Notes under the pieces: generated by a model
Told to the model about the DNA's origin: nothing
The model's input: the letters and a program-made list of their open reading frames with translations, nothing else
Databases searched by the model: none
Shown here: piece after piece, positions 37,451 to 46,181 of the stretch
Numbering within the stretch: the stretch's first letter is position 1
Layout: every line of letters begins with the position of its first letter
Made by a program: the position numbers and the translations under genes
Assembly (NCBI GenBank): GCA_943787795.1
Contig: CALSNU010000002.1
Location: forward strand, 96,001 to 160,000
Source: an uncultured bacterium
GTDB lineage: Bacteria > Planctomycetota > UBA1135 > GCA-002686595
DNA: 64,000 nt
Reading direction: 5' to 3'

Positions 37451-38518
37451 TCAAGAGGAGAGGTCCGCGGCGAGGAGGCGCTGGAAGTGATGGGGCCCGG
37501 CCTCGTGCTCGGGGGAGAACCGCCCGCCCGGGTAGAGCCGGGACCGGACGCCCTTCTGCACCGAGTGCACCACGGCCTGGTCCTCGAGCTCGACCTGATC
37601 GAGCCCGCTCCCGACCCCGGTCTCCACCAGCGCGGGCCGGGCGACCCAGCGCAGGTAGCGCACGCGGCATCGGCCGGGGCCAGTGGGCTCCACGAGATTG
37701 ACCGAGATCCCCCACGTGTAGACGTTGACCATGAGGTTGGGATAAAGCCACAGGTACTCAGCCACGAGCCCCGCCTCCCGCCGGAGGCAGCGCTCGTCCC
37801 CGGAGCCAAACCCCAGCTGGTTCACCGTCTGCCCCTCGATCTCCACGCGGTACTTCCCGAAGTCGAGCCCTGCGTTGAGGCCGGGATGCACGAAGGGGAT
37901 ATGGAAGCCCTCGAGGTAGTTCTCGCAGTACACCGCCCAGCTCGCGTCGAGGTCATAGGCGCGCGAGGCCTCCGGGGCGAAGGTGAACCTCTCACCCTCG
38001 AACTCGGTGAGGGCGGTGCGCAGCGGCCCAGACCAGCGTTCGAAGTCGATCCCCGGGGCGAGCGACAGGAACCGAAGGGGACCCAGGGCCTCGAGCCCCA
38101 CGCCGGCCAGGTCGTCCTCGGGACGCGGGAAGTCGAGGGCCCCCTCGAACCCGGGGCAGGACTCCATCTTCCCGTCGAGCCCGAACCTCCGGCCGTGATA
38201 CGCGCAGCGCAGCCCCCTGTTGTTCGAGCCACACTCGGCAAGCAGCGCGCCCCGGTGGGTGCAGACGTTCGAGAGCACGCGCTCCGCCTCCCCATCACGG
38301 ATCCAGACCAGCGGCTCGTTGAGCCCACCCTCGAGGAGCGTGAAGGGCTCCACCACGTGGGCGGGTTCCGGGACCGGGAGCAGCTGCCAGGAGGGCACAA
38401 AGACGCGTTCGAGGACCCGCTGGTGAGCCGCCGGGTCGAAGTGCAGGCCCGGGTGAATCGTGCCCGCCCGCCGGAGATCGGGGTGAACCGGGCTCGCTCC
38501 ATGTGACTCTTGACTCAT
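37451..38518 (-). CDS. Rieske non-heme iron oxygenase alpha subunit (choline monooxygenase-like)
   Basis: NVCTHRG..CAYHG Rieske motif; ENYLEGFHIPFVHP; EDQAVV. Confidence 0.92.
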   Translation of the reverse strand: MSQESHGASPVHPDLRRAGTIHPGLHFDPAAHQRVLERVFVPSWQLLPVPEPAHVVEPFTLLEGGLNEPLVWIRDGEAERVLSNVCTHRGALLAECGSNNRGLRCAYHGRRFGLDGKMESCPGFEGALDFPRPEDDLAGVGLEALGPLRFLSLAPGIDFERWSGPLRTALTEFEGERFTFAPEASRAYDLDASWAVYCENYLEGFHIPFVHPGLNAGLDFGKYRVEIEGQTVNQLGFGSGDERCLRREAGLVAEYLWLYPNLMVNVYTWGISVNLVEPTGPGRCRVRYLRWVARPALVETGVGSGLDQVELEDQAVVHSVQKGVRSRLYPGGRFSPEHEAGPHHFQRLLAADLSS

Positions 38519-38530
38519 GCTCGACTCACT

Positions 38531-39235
38531 TCAGGAGGGCACGGAGGTCGACGCGCCGTTGTCGGCGGCGCCGAGGTTCAGGAAGAAGGGCGCCGCCCGA
38601 TGCGACCAGGCCTCGGGGGTCTCACAGTCCCCCGCCGCCTCTCCGCGCACCTGCCGCAGCATGCTCGTGTCGATCACTCCCGGACCGACTGCCACGGCCG
38701 CCATCCCGGCGGGGAGCTCCTGGGCGAGGGCGCTGATCATCCCCTCCACCGCGAACTTGCTGGCGCAGTAGGGCGCCACCTCGGGGGAGGCGAAGCGCCC
38801 CCAGCCCGACGAGAGCCCGACCAGCACCCCTCGTCCTCGCTGGATCATCGGGGGGGCGAGGGCCCGTACGACGTTGGCGATCCCGGAGACGTTGACCGCG
38901 AGCACGGCGTCGAACTCCTCGGCGGAGACCTCCCAGAGGGGGGCGGGGTCGTTGATCTTGCCAGCGTTGGCGATCACGAGGTCGGGTACCAGGCCGTGGG
39001 CGCACGCCTCCTCCGCCCAGGCCGCCACCTCGGCGGCAGAGCGGACGTCCACGGGTCGCGCGAAGACCCGGTCACCGCCCAGCTGTTCAAGCTCCTTCAG
39101 AGCCCCCTCGGACCGGCCGCAGGCCACGAGCCGGTGCCCGCCCTCCAGCAGGCGCTCCGCGAGGGCCCGGCCCAGGCCCCTCGTCGCGCCGGTCAGGGCC
39201 ACGGTCCGTTGCGTCACTTGCTCCATCCTCGACAT
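38531..39235 (-). CDS. Short-chain dehydrogenase/reductase
   Basis: TGATRGLG, ANAG, SSGWG, YCASK. Confidence 0.92.
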   Translation of the reverse strand: MSRMEQVTQRTVALTGATRGLGRALAERLLEGGHRLVACGRSEGALKELEQLGGDRVFARPVDVRSAAEVAAWAEEACAHGLVPDLVIANAGKINDPAPLWEVSAEEFDAVLAVNVSGIANVVRALAPPMIQRGRGVLVGLSSGWGRFASPEVAPYCASKFAVEGMISALAQELPAGMAAVAVGPGVIDTSMLRQVRGEAAGDCETPEAWSHRAAPFFLNLGAADNGASTSVPS

Positions 39236-39439
39236 TCGACCACGCCGGAAGCGACCCCGCCGCTCCCGTAGGGCCGAAAGCCCGCCACCCCGTAGGGCCG
39301 AGAGAGCGGCGGGTGCAGCGGGCCGCGGGGCGGATGACCGGGGGCGGGCGAAGCGCTCGGCCGCAGTATCGCTATCCTCGCCCCGAGTCCGCGCGGGCCT
39401 TTCCCCGCCCTCCTCCGACGTCCACTGCCCCGGCTAGCC

Positions 39440-40234
39440 GTGCTCGAGTCCCTCTTCACGCTCTTCATGCTCATCGTCCTCCAGGCCGTCCTGGGGTTCG
39501 ACAACCTGCTGTACATCTCCCTGGAGTCCAAGCGCGCGCCCGAGGCGGAGCGCAAGCGGGTCCGGCAGCTGGGTATCGGGATCGCGATCGGCCTGCGGAT
39601 CGTGCTGCTCTTCGCCCTGCTCCAGCTCATCGAGGTCGCGCAGAACGTGTTCTGGGAGCCCCACTGGGAGGGGGTCTTCATCGCCGAATTCAACGCTCAC
39701 AGCCTGATCGTGCTCTTCGGTGGCGCCTTCATCCTCTACACCGCGACCAAGGAGATCCTCCACATGATCGCGCTGGAGGACGTGGACTCGGGCGAGGGAA
39801 AGAAGGCCGCCTCGACGGCGCGCGTGGTGGCGCTGATCGTGCTCATGAACCTGGTGTTCTCCTTCGACTCGATCCTCAGCGCGATCGCGCTCGCCGGGCC
39901 GGACGGCGAGGTCATCATGTCCATCGCGATCATCGTCAGCGGCATCCTCATGATCGTCCTGGCCGAGCACGTGTCGACGTTCCTGGCGCGCAACCGGATG
40001 TACGAGGTGCTGGGGCTCTTCATCCTCTTCATCGTCGGCGTCATGCTCGTCACCGAAGGCGGTCACCTCGCCCACATCGAGCTCTTCGGGAGCGAGGTGA
40101 TGCCGATGACCAAGACGACCTTCTACTTCGTGATCGCCGTCCTCGTGCTCACCGACGTGGTCCAGACCCGCTACCAGAAGCGGCTCCAGCGCGCGCTTGA
40201 GGCACAGAAGGGCCGCCCCGTCGACGCCGCCTGA
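39440..40234 (+). CDS. TerC-family membrane protein
   Basis: LQAVLGFDNLLYI, LRIVLL, MNLVFSFDSILSA; multiple TM segments. Confidence 0.92.
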   Translation: MLESLFTLFMLIVLQAVLGFDNLLYISLESKRAPEAERKRVRQLGIGIAIGLRIVLLFALLQLIEVAQNVFWEPHWEGVFIAEFNAHSLIVLFGGAFILYTATKEILHMIALEDVDSGEGKKAASTARVVALIVLMNLVFSFDSILSAIALAGPDGEVIMSIAIIVSGILMIVLAEHVSTFLARNRMYEVLGLFILFIVGVMLVTEGGHLAHIELFGSEVMPMTKTTFYFVIAVLVLTDVVQTRYQKRLQRALEAQKGRPVDAA

Positions 40235-40398
40235 GGAACCAGCCGGCGGCGTGCAGAGCGCCAAGTCCAGGTTCGGCGACCGCGCCGGCCGAATCTCCGC
40301 GCCGAGCCTCCAAGCCAGATCCCGACGCCGGGTTCAAGCCGACCGCTTCATGGGCGCGACGGGGCGCGCCGGCGGCGCTGCCTGATCGCAGGCTCGCC

Positions 40399-41097
40399 CT
40401 AGGTCCGGCCCGGGAGGTGCGCGTTCGTGTGCGGGGCCCACTCCCGGAGCCGACCGCGGTAGACCCGAAGGTGCTCGTGATAGAAGCCGTCACGCAGCTC
40501 GTAGGCGCCCTCCACGTCCTCGATCTCCTCCATGAAGTGCTCGTCCTCGAAGTAGTAGTCGCGGAAGGGACCCGAGGTCGTGCCGATGACGTCCACGTCG
40601 AAACCATTCCGGTCCATCAGGCGCTCGGTCTCGCCGAAGTCCGCCATGGACGACTGGATGAAGATGAGCTCCCCGAGGGGCCGCAGCCGCTTGTGGGCGT
40701 CGAGGATGAGCGAGTCGATGAAGTAGCGTCGGTTCTGCTTCCCGCTCTGACAGAAGGGCGGGTTCGACACCACCGTGTCGAAGCGCCCTGGCGTTGAGAG
40801 CCAGTCGGCGACCCGGAACTCGATGTCCACGTCGTGGCCGCAGTTGCGCTCGAAGTTGGCCTTGGCGGTCACGAGCAGGTCCTCGGTGATCTCCGTCGCG
40901 ACGATGGACTTGGCGCCCTTGCGATGGATCAGGATCGTGTGATTCGCCACCCCAGCGCCGAGCTCCAGGACATCACGATCCTTGACGAGATCATTCTCCG
41001 CGATCATCCGGGCCAGCCAGTGACCGTGCGGCGTGGGGCTCCAGTCTGCGTCTCCAGCTCGGAGGTCCATCGAGAGCAAGCGGTCGGCTGATTCCAT
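40399..41097 (-). CDS. Class I SAM-dependent methyltransferase (HemK/MTS-like)
   Basis: VLELGAGVA motif I; VVSNPPF. Confidence 0.8.
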   Translation of the reverse strand: MESADRLLSMDLRAGDADWSPTPHGHWLARMIAENDLVKDRDVLELGAGVANHTILIHRKGAKSIVATEITEDLLVTAKANFERNCGHDVDIEFRVADWLSTPGRFDTVVSNPPFCQSGKQNRRYFIDSLILDAHKRLRPLGELIFIQSSMADFGETERLMDRNGFDVDVIGTTSGPFRDYYFEDEHFMEEIEDVEGAYELRDGFYHEHLRVYRGRLREWAPHTNAHLPGRT

Positions 41098-41188
41098 CTG
41101 CGTTCTCCGTCGTGGGGGCATGATCACCCCGAGGTCGGCAGAGCATAGCAGGTCACGCCGATGATCCGGCGCGCCCCCTCGGCGCCCT

Positions 41189-41288
41189 CACCCGGGCGGC
41201 GTCACCCGACGGAAACACCCCGCGGAAACACCCCGCGGACTCACCCCGCCGAGTCTCCCCGCCGAGTCACCCCGAAGCGTCACCCGTC
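41189..41288. repeat. Degenerate 13-bp tandem array (about 7.5 units)
   Basis: cacccgacggaaa/caccccgcggaaa/caccccgcggact/caccccgccgagt/ctccccgccgagt/caccccgaagcgt. Confidence 0.85.
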
Positions 41289-41708
41289 AACAATGGAGTT
41301 CGTGGCGGACTCCGCGAGGAAGAAGCGACCCACCTCGACCTCAACCGGCTCCCCCTCGTCCGGGGCGAAGGCGAAGCTGCCCTCCATCGTGCCCCAGTCT
41401 GTCGGGAGCTCGGCCATGCTCTGGTACTCGAAGTGGTCCCCCGGCTCCAGCCGCGGCTGCTCCCCCACGACCCCTGGGCCGCGAACCTCGCGCCGCTCGC
41501 CGTTGGCGTCCGTGATCACCCAGTGCCGCGTGCGAAGCGTGAGCGGGCGGTCCCCGACGTTCGTGATGGTGATCTGATAGGCGTAGACCCAGCCCCGCTC
41601 CCCCGGATCCGTGCGCTGCTCGAGCAGCTGCGCCTTGGCCGCCACCTCGATGCCGTGGGTCGTGGTCACGCTGTTCGGACCGTCGGTCTCGCCTGAGGAG
41701 GGTTTCAT
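41280..41708 (-). CDS. apaG: ApaG protein
   Basis: YAYQITITN..LRTRHWVITDANG..EVRGPGVVGEQPRLEPG..FEYQS..GTMEG. Confidence 0.96.
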   Translation of the reverse strand: MKPSSGETDGPNSVTTTHGIEVAAKAQLLEQRTDPGERGWVYAYQITITNVGDRPLTLRTRHWVITDANGERREVRGPGVVGEQPRLEPGDHFEYQSMAELPTDWGTMEGSFAFAPDEGEPVEVEVGRFFLAESATNSIVDG

Positions 41709-41806
41709 GATCGCAGGGTGGGTGTCGGCAGGCTCATCCAGACCGGTGGGCGGGCCTCGGGAAGTGTAAGCCCAACCCGTTACTCTTTACATCGCGGCTC
41801 GCGACC

Positions 41807-43693
41807 ATGGTCCAACCTGCACACACCTCGAACTCGACCTTCGCGGTCCTCGTTCCGGGGGCCATCGCCTCCCTGACCCTGGCGCTCGCCGCCTGCGGTT
41901 CTGTCGGGTTGTTCTCCGAGGATCCGGGCGCCCCGAGGGACCGTGCCTCGAGGTTCGACCGTTTCGTGTCCGAACTGGACCTCGCGCTCACGGACACCGC
42001 CCCGCTGCTCGAGCAGGTTCGACGGAATTCCGATGGCGGCTCCGGGACGGCCTCGAGGCCGGGGTCCGACGTGGGGAACGTCGTGCTGAACGCCGAACGC
42101 CGCGACGCCGTGCGGCGCGCGGTGATCGAGAGCGGCCGGCGGCGGCTCGACCGCGAGTTTGCTCCCGGCCGACTGGACGAACCCCAGGCCACGACTTCGA
42201 GCATCCTGATCCGCGATCTCACCCAGCTGGCGGATCAGCGCGAGAGAGCGAGCCAGCGCCCCACGACCCCGTGGAACGGACCGCTCACCCAGGCGCCATC
42301 AGTCTTCCTGCGGGAGCACCAGCGCTCCACCAGCGCAGACCTCGAGCACTGGGAGGAGGCCCTGCGCGTCCTGGCGGCCACCGAGGACACCGAGCTCCCC
42401 AGCCCCTCCGACTCGCCGAGCGCCCGGGACGCCGCCGTCGCTGGCAGCGCCGGAGTCTTGCTCGATGCGCTCGCCCGGTCCGTCGGTCCTGGCGGGACTC
42501 CGGACCCACTCCTCGGCCCCCTGGATGCGGCCCTCGATGAGCTCAACGGGCGCCCGACCTCAAGCCTGACGTCCGACGCAGACCGCTCCGAACTGGGCGT
42601 CACGCTGCAGCGCCGATATGCCACCGCCGCCTCGGACGCCGCCATCGAGGAGGTGTTTGGCGCCTCTTCGTGGGAGGCCCTCGAAGGACCCGCGAAGGAA
42701 CGATGGCTCTCACCGCTGCAGGAGGCAGCGGGCATGGAGGCCTCCGCAGAGCGCCTCTCCGACATCGCTCGCTCCGAGCTCGATCGCCTGACCCTTGAGC
42801 TGGCGCAGGCCGCAGAGCTGGTCGACGAGGACGAGACGTCGCCCAGCGCCGCGAGGCTGGCTCTGCGGGATCTGCGATCCGGTGAGCGCTCTGTCCCCGG
42901 AAGCGGACGTCCCGTACGCCAGCCCGAACTCCTCTGGTCCGAGGCGCGCAAGGGCCTCGCCAAGCTGGTCGCGGGCGCGCCTCCGGTCACCATCGAGGTC
43001 GGGATCGCCCTCCCATTCGAGCGACCCTACGGCCGCTGGAGCCCGTTCATTCCGGGCAACCTCATCCCAGGAGAGGATCCCCGGGCCCGCGCCCCTCTCT
43101 ATCTCGCCGCGCCGGCGGAGGCGGAGTATCAGCCGCGCTGGCTTCGGGAGGCTGAAGCCTGGCGGAACGGCATCCCCGGTCGAGCCGTCGCGGATGCGTA
43201 CCGCCGCTCGGCCCTCGACGTCCCGCCCATGATCCGCTGGAAGACGCGGGAGGCGTTCGAGGAGGGCTGGGGCCTCTACGCCGTCGGGGCCGCCGCAGAA
43301 GCCGGGACACTCAACGAGGTCGACGGCGGATTCGGCCGGATCGCCCAGGAGCTCTGCGCCTTCGCGGCCATGCTCTCCGACCTCGGGGTCTATGGAGATG
43401 GGTGGTCCCAGGAACAGACCGTGGCCTTCCTGCTCGACGTGACCCCGCTCCCCGAGGCGTCGGCGGAGCTGCTCGCGCTTCGCTGCTTCGCCCAGCCAGG
43501 CCGCATCACGCTCCCCGCCATCGGGCTGCTCCGGTTCCGGGCGCTCCGTCGCGGGGTGGAAGCTGCGCTCGGTGGGCGCTTCGACCTCGCCTCATTCCAC
43601 GCGGCGCTCCTCGATGGCGGCCCGATCCCGATGAGTCAGGTGGATCCGCGGATCCAGAGCTGGCTCAGGCGCGGCGCTCCCGGCCCGCGCTGA
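41807..43693 (+). CDS. DUF885-like lipoprotein with degenerate metal-binding motif
   Basis: LAAC lipobox; C-terminal FEEGWGLYA, DLGVY..GWS, QPG, FDLASFHAALLDGGPIPM. Confidence 0.7.
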   Translation: MVQPAHTSNSTFAVLVPGAIASLTLALAACGSVGLFSEDPGAPRDRASRFDRFVSELDLALTDTAPLLEQVRRNSDGGSGTASRPGSDVGNVVLNAERRDAVRRAVIESGRRRLDREFAPGRLDEPQATTSSILIRDLTQLADQRERASQRPTTPWNGPLTQAPSVFLREHQRSTSADLEHWEEALRVLAATEDTELPSPSDSPSARDAAVAGSAGVLLDALARSVGPGGTPDPLLGPLDAALDELNGRPTSSLTSDADRSELGVTLQRRYATAASDAAIEEVFGASSWEALEGPAKERWLSPLQEAAGMEASAERLSDIARSELDRLTLELAQAAELVDEDETSPSAARLALRDLRSGERSVPGSGRPVRQPELLWSEARKGLAKLVAGAPPVTIEVGIALPFERPYGRWSPFIPGNLIPGEDPRARAPLYLAAPAEAEYQPRWLREAEAWRNGIPGRAVADAYRRSALDVPPMIRWKTREAFEEGWGLYAVGAAAEAGTLNEVDGGFGRIAQELCAFAAMLSDLGVYGDGWSQEQTVAFLLDVTPLPEASAELLALRCFAQPGRITLPAIGLLRFRALRRGVEAALGGRFDLASFHAALLDGGPIPMSQVDPRIQSWLRRGAPGPR

Positions 43694-43719
43694 GGCGCGC
43701 GACCGGGACCGTCAGATCG

Positions 43720-45387
43720 TCACTGGCTGGCGAGGTAGGCCTCGGCCAGCCACCCACCGAGCGCGACGATGCCCTCGGTGGAGATCACGAGCGGCTTCGC
43801 CTGCGGCGGCAAGTCGCTGATCGGGATGTGGACGGTGTACTTGTCTGCGGCGGCCAGGGCGGCGACCTCAGACATCACGTCGATCCCGTTCACGTCCTGG
43901 TGATCCGTCGGGGGCTGTTGGCTGATGAACCAGAGCAGGCTCTTCTCCTTGAGGTCCTTCCGGCTGGCCTCGACCAGCTCGCTGATGCGCGCCGCGGCGC
44001 CGCGCCGGAACGGGCCGAAGGACATGTCGTTCTCACCGACGTGATAGAAGATCCCCTCGAGCTCGACCCGGTACCCCTTGGAGCGGAGCTCCTTGATGGA
44101 GGCTTCCACGAACTCGATGAAGCGCGGGTACAGGTTGCGGCTCACCGCGACGCTCCCGCCGGGCGTCCAGTCGATGATCTGGCTGCCGCTATGGGTGAAC
44201 TTGGCGATGGCCACGTCCTTCACCTTCCCCTTCAGAAGGGCCGCGCCAAAGCTGAGCTCCGGGCCGAAGGTGTCATAGGGGCCGCAGGGTCCGAGGGGCT
44301 CCCAGCCGCTGGAGACCTTGAAGTCGCCGCCGACGCTGTAGCGGTAGGCGATGTCGTCCCGGTCCCTGAGCAGCGCCTTGCCGCCCTTGAGATTCCCGAG
44401 CTCCTGCACGAAGGCCCGCTCCCCCTCCATGTTGCGGTGCCCGGCGAGGACGAACAGCTTGACCTTCCGGCCCCGGCGATAGGGCAGCTTCTTGAGCCCG
44501 CGGTCCTCATCCTCGAGGGCGCCGATGTTCCGCAGGTACGCCCGCGCGTAGTTCACGCCGTGCTCCAGCTGGCCGAGGGTGCCGTAGTGGTAGTGCAGTC
44601 CCACGCCGCCGCCGATCTCCACGCCCACGTGGGAGGTCGGGACGTACTCCGAGAGCGGGTCCGCCTCGGTCACCGCGCGCTGGCCGACGCTGATCGCGTG
44701 CATGCGCGGCCGGAGATCCATGCCCCAGATCGTCTTGGTGCACAGCTCCCCCACATAGAACCGCAGGTCCGGCGCGTCGAGGTCCTTGCGCCAGCGGGCC
44801 ACGAAGTTGGCGAGGTTCTCGCCGTAGTTCTTCTGGTAGTCCTCGTTGAACATGTCGTTCTCGCCCTGGTGCCACATGACGCCCTCGAGGCGGTAGGGCA
44901 CCTTCTTGCGGTCGAGCTCGTCGAGGGCGGCGCGGATCAGCTCCATGGTCAGCGGGTACATCTCGAAGCCGCTGGGCTCGTCGGGGTTCCAGTCCCCGCC
45001 GAGGTGCGTCCCGCCCGCGGCGCACTTGATGATGGCGATGGGCGCGTCGATGGCGCCGGTCACCTCCCGGGCGAAGCTCAGCTCGGGCCCGACCACGCCG
45101 TTGACCGGCTGCAGATCGACCCAGCCGTCCGAGCGCATCTTCTGCTCGCGGCCGATGCAATACTGGAAGCGGACCTTCTGCTGGGGTTCACCCAGACCGG
45201 CGAAGGGCGGGAACCGCTCGATGTCCCTGACCTTCGAGTCGGAGCCGACCATGTTGGACTGGCCCGCGAAGATGAAGACCCGGACAGGCTCGCGCGCGGC
45301 GTCGCTCGGGGCGGGGTCGGAGGCCGCCAGAGCCGAGACGACGAGGACAGGGGCGAGGACCGCAGCGGCGAGGAAGCGGAGGATCAT
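43720..45387 (-). CDS. Secreted protein with tandem sialate O-acetylesterase (SASA) domains
   Basis: Domain 1 FAGQSNMVG..GPELSF..WHQGEND; domain 2 LAGHRNMEG..FGPELSF..YHVGEND. Confidence 0.85.
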   Translation of the reverse strand: MILRFLAAAVLAPVLVVSALAASDPAPSDAAREPVRVFIFAGQSNMVGSDSKVRDIERFPPFAGLGEPQQKVRFQYCIGREQKMRSDGWVDLQPVNGVVGPELSFAREVTGAIDAPIAIIKCAAGGTHLGGDWNPDEPSGFEMYPLTMELIRAALDELDRKKVPYRLEGVMWHQGENDMFNEDYQKNYGENLANFVARWRKDLDAPDLRFYVGELCTKTIWGMDLRPRMHAISVGQRAVTEADPLSEYVPTSHVGVEIGGGVGLHYHYGTLGQLEHGVNYARAYLRNIGALEDEDRGLKKLPYRRGRKVKLFVLAGHRNMEGERAFVQELGNLKGGKALLRDRDDIAYRYSVGGDFKVSSGWEPLGPCGPYDTFGPELSFGAALLKGKVKDVAIAKFTHSGSQIIDWTPGGSVAVSRNLYPRFIEFVEASIKELRSKGYRVELEGIFYHVGENDMSFGPFRRGAAARISELVEASRKDLKEKSLLWFISQQPPTDHQDVNGIDVMSEVAALAAADKYTVHIPISDLPPQAKPLVISTEGIVALGGWLAEAYLASQ

Positions 45388-45438
45388 GGGGAGGTCCAGG
45401 TTCGGCCGGGCAGCGCCGGGGGGGGGGGAGGTCGCGAC

Positions 45439-46062
45439 TCAGTCGCGGAGCGATGGGTCGAAGAGGTCGCGGGGGATCCCGCCCTCGGCGAGGCGCTTGC
45501 GCAGCCGCTGCCAGCGGCGAGCCACGGCGCCCTCCGTGGAGTCGAGGCGCTGGGCCGCGACCTTGTAGCTGAGCCCCTCGAGCCCGCAGTAGCTCACGAG
45601 CTTGCGATCTCCCTCTTGCAGGGAGGAGACCGACTCGAGGAACCGGGCGAGGGAGTCGTCGCGCTCGATGCGCGCGCTGATGGCGGTCGCGGGGTCCATG
45701 ACCTGCTCGAAGACCGCGCGCTTGGTCTCGCTCCCCAGGTTCACCTGCCGGCGTCGGCGCCCGTCGCGGAGCAGCTCGAGCAGCACGATCTTCGCCACCC
45801 GGAAGATCCACTTGCGAAAGGGCGTCGTCTCGGCGTCGATCCGTTCGATCGAATTCCAGGCCCGCAGCCAGACCTCTTGCACCACGTCCTGGGCGTCGAT
45901 CTCCGAGCGGCGGTCCCGCGCGAGTCTCAGCGTGGCCCAGGCGTAGATGGACGGCGCCACGTGCTCATAGAGAACACCGAACTCCGTGACGCCGCCGTCC
46001 TGGGCACGCCGCAGCCAGTTCTGTGTCTCGCCTTCGGGCGGCTCTGCATCAGGATCAGACAA
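45439..46062 (-). CDS. ECF RNA polymerase sigma factor
   Basis: DAQDVVQEVWLRAW..FRKWIFRVA (sigma2); GLSYKVAAQRLDSTEGAVARRWQRLR (sigma4); start uncertain (TTG). Confidence 0.88.
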   Translation of the reverse strand: MSDPDAEPPEGETQNWLRRAQDGGVTEFGVLYEHVAPSIYAWATLRLARDRRSEIDAQDVVQEVWLRAWNSIERIDAETTPFRKWIFRVAKIVLLELLRDGRRRRQVNLGSETKRAVFEQVMDPATAISARIERDDSLARFLESVSSLQEGDRKLVSYCGLEGLSYKVAAQRLDSTEGAVARRWQRLRKRLAEGGIPRDLFDPSLRD

Positions 46063-46181
46063 GCTGTTTGGATGATACCCCGTAGCGCGACGCCTACGGG
46101 GAAGACCCCATGACCCAGAGGCTTCCCGGGAGCATCGAGATTCCCACCGCGCTGCTAGGCTGAACCAAGAGCCTGCTGCCC

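Noticed and set aside
37451..39235. Rieske oxygenase + SDR as a secondary-metabolite cluster
   Set aside because: No reductase, scaffold synthase or transporter adjacent; substrate cannot be inferred.
39265..39301. Direct repeat CCCGTAGGGCCGA x2, GTAG-REP-like
   Set aside because: Only two short copies, no RAYT transposase nearby, and only the first forms a small hairpin.
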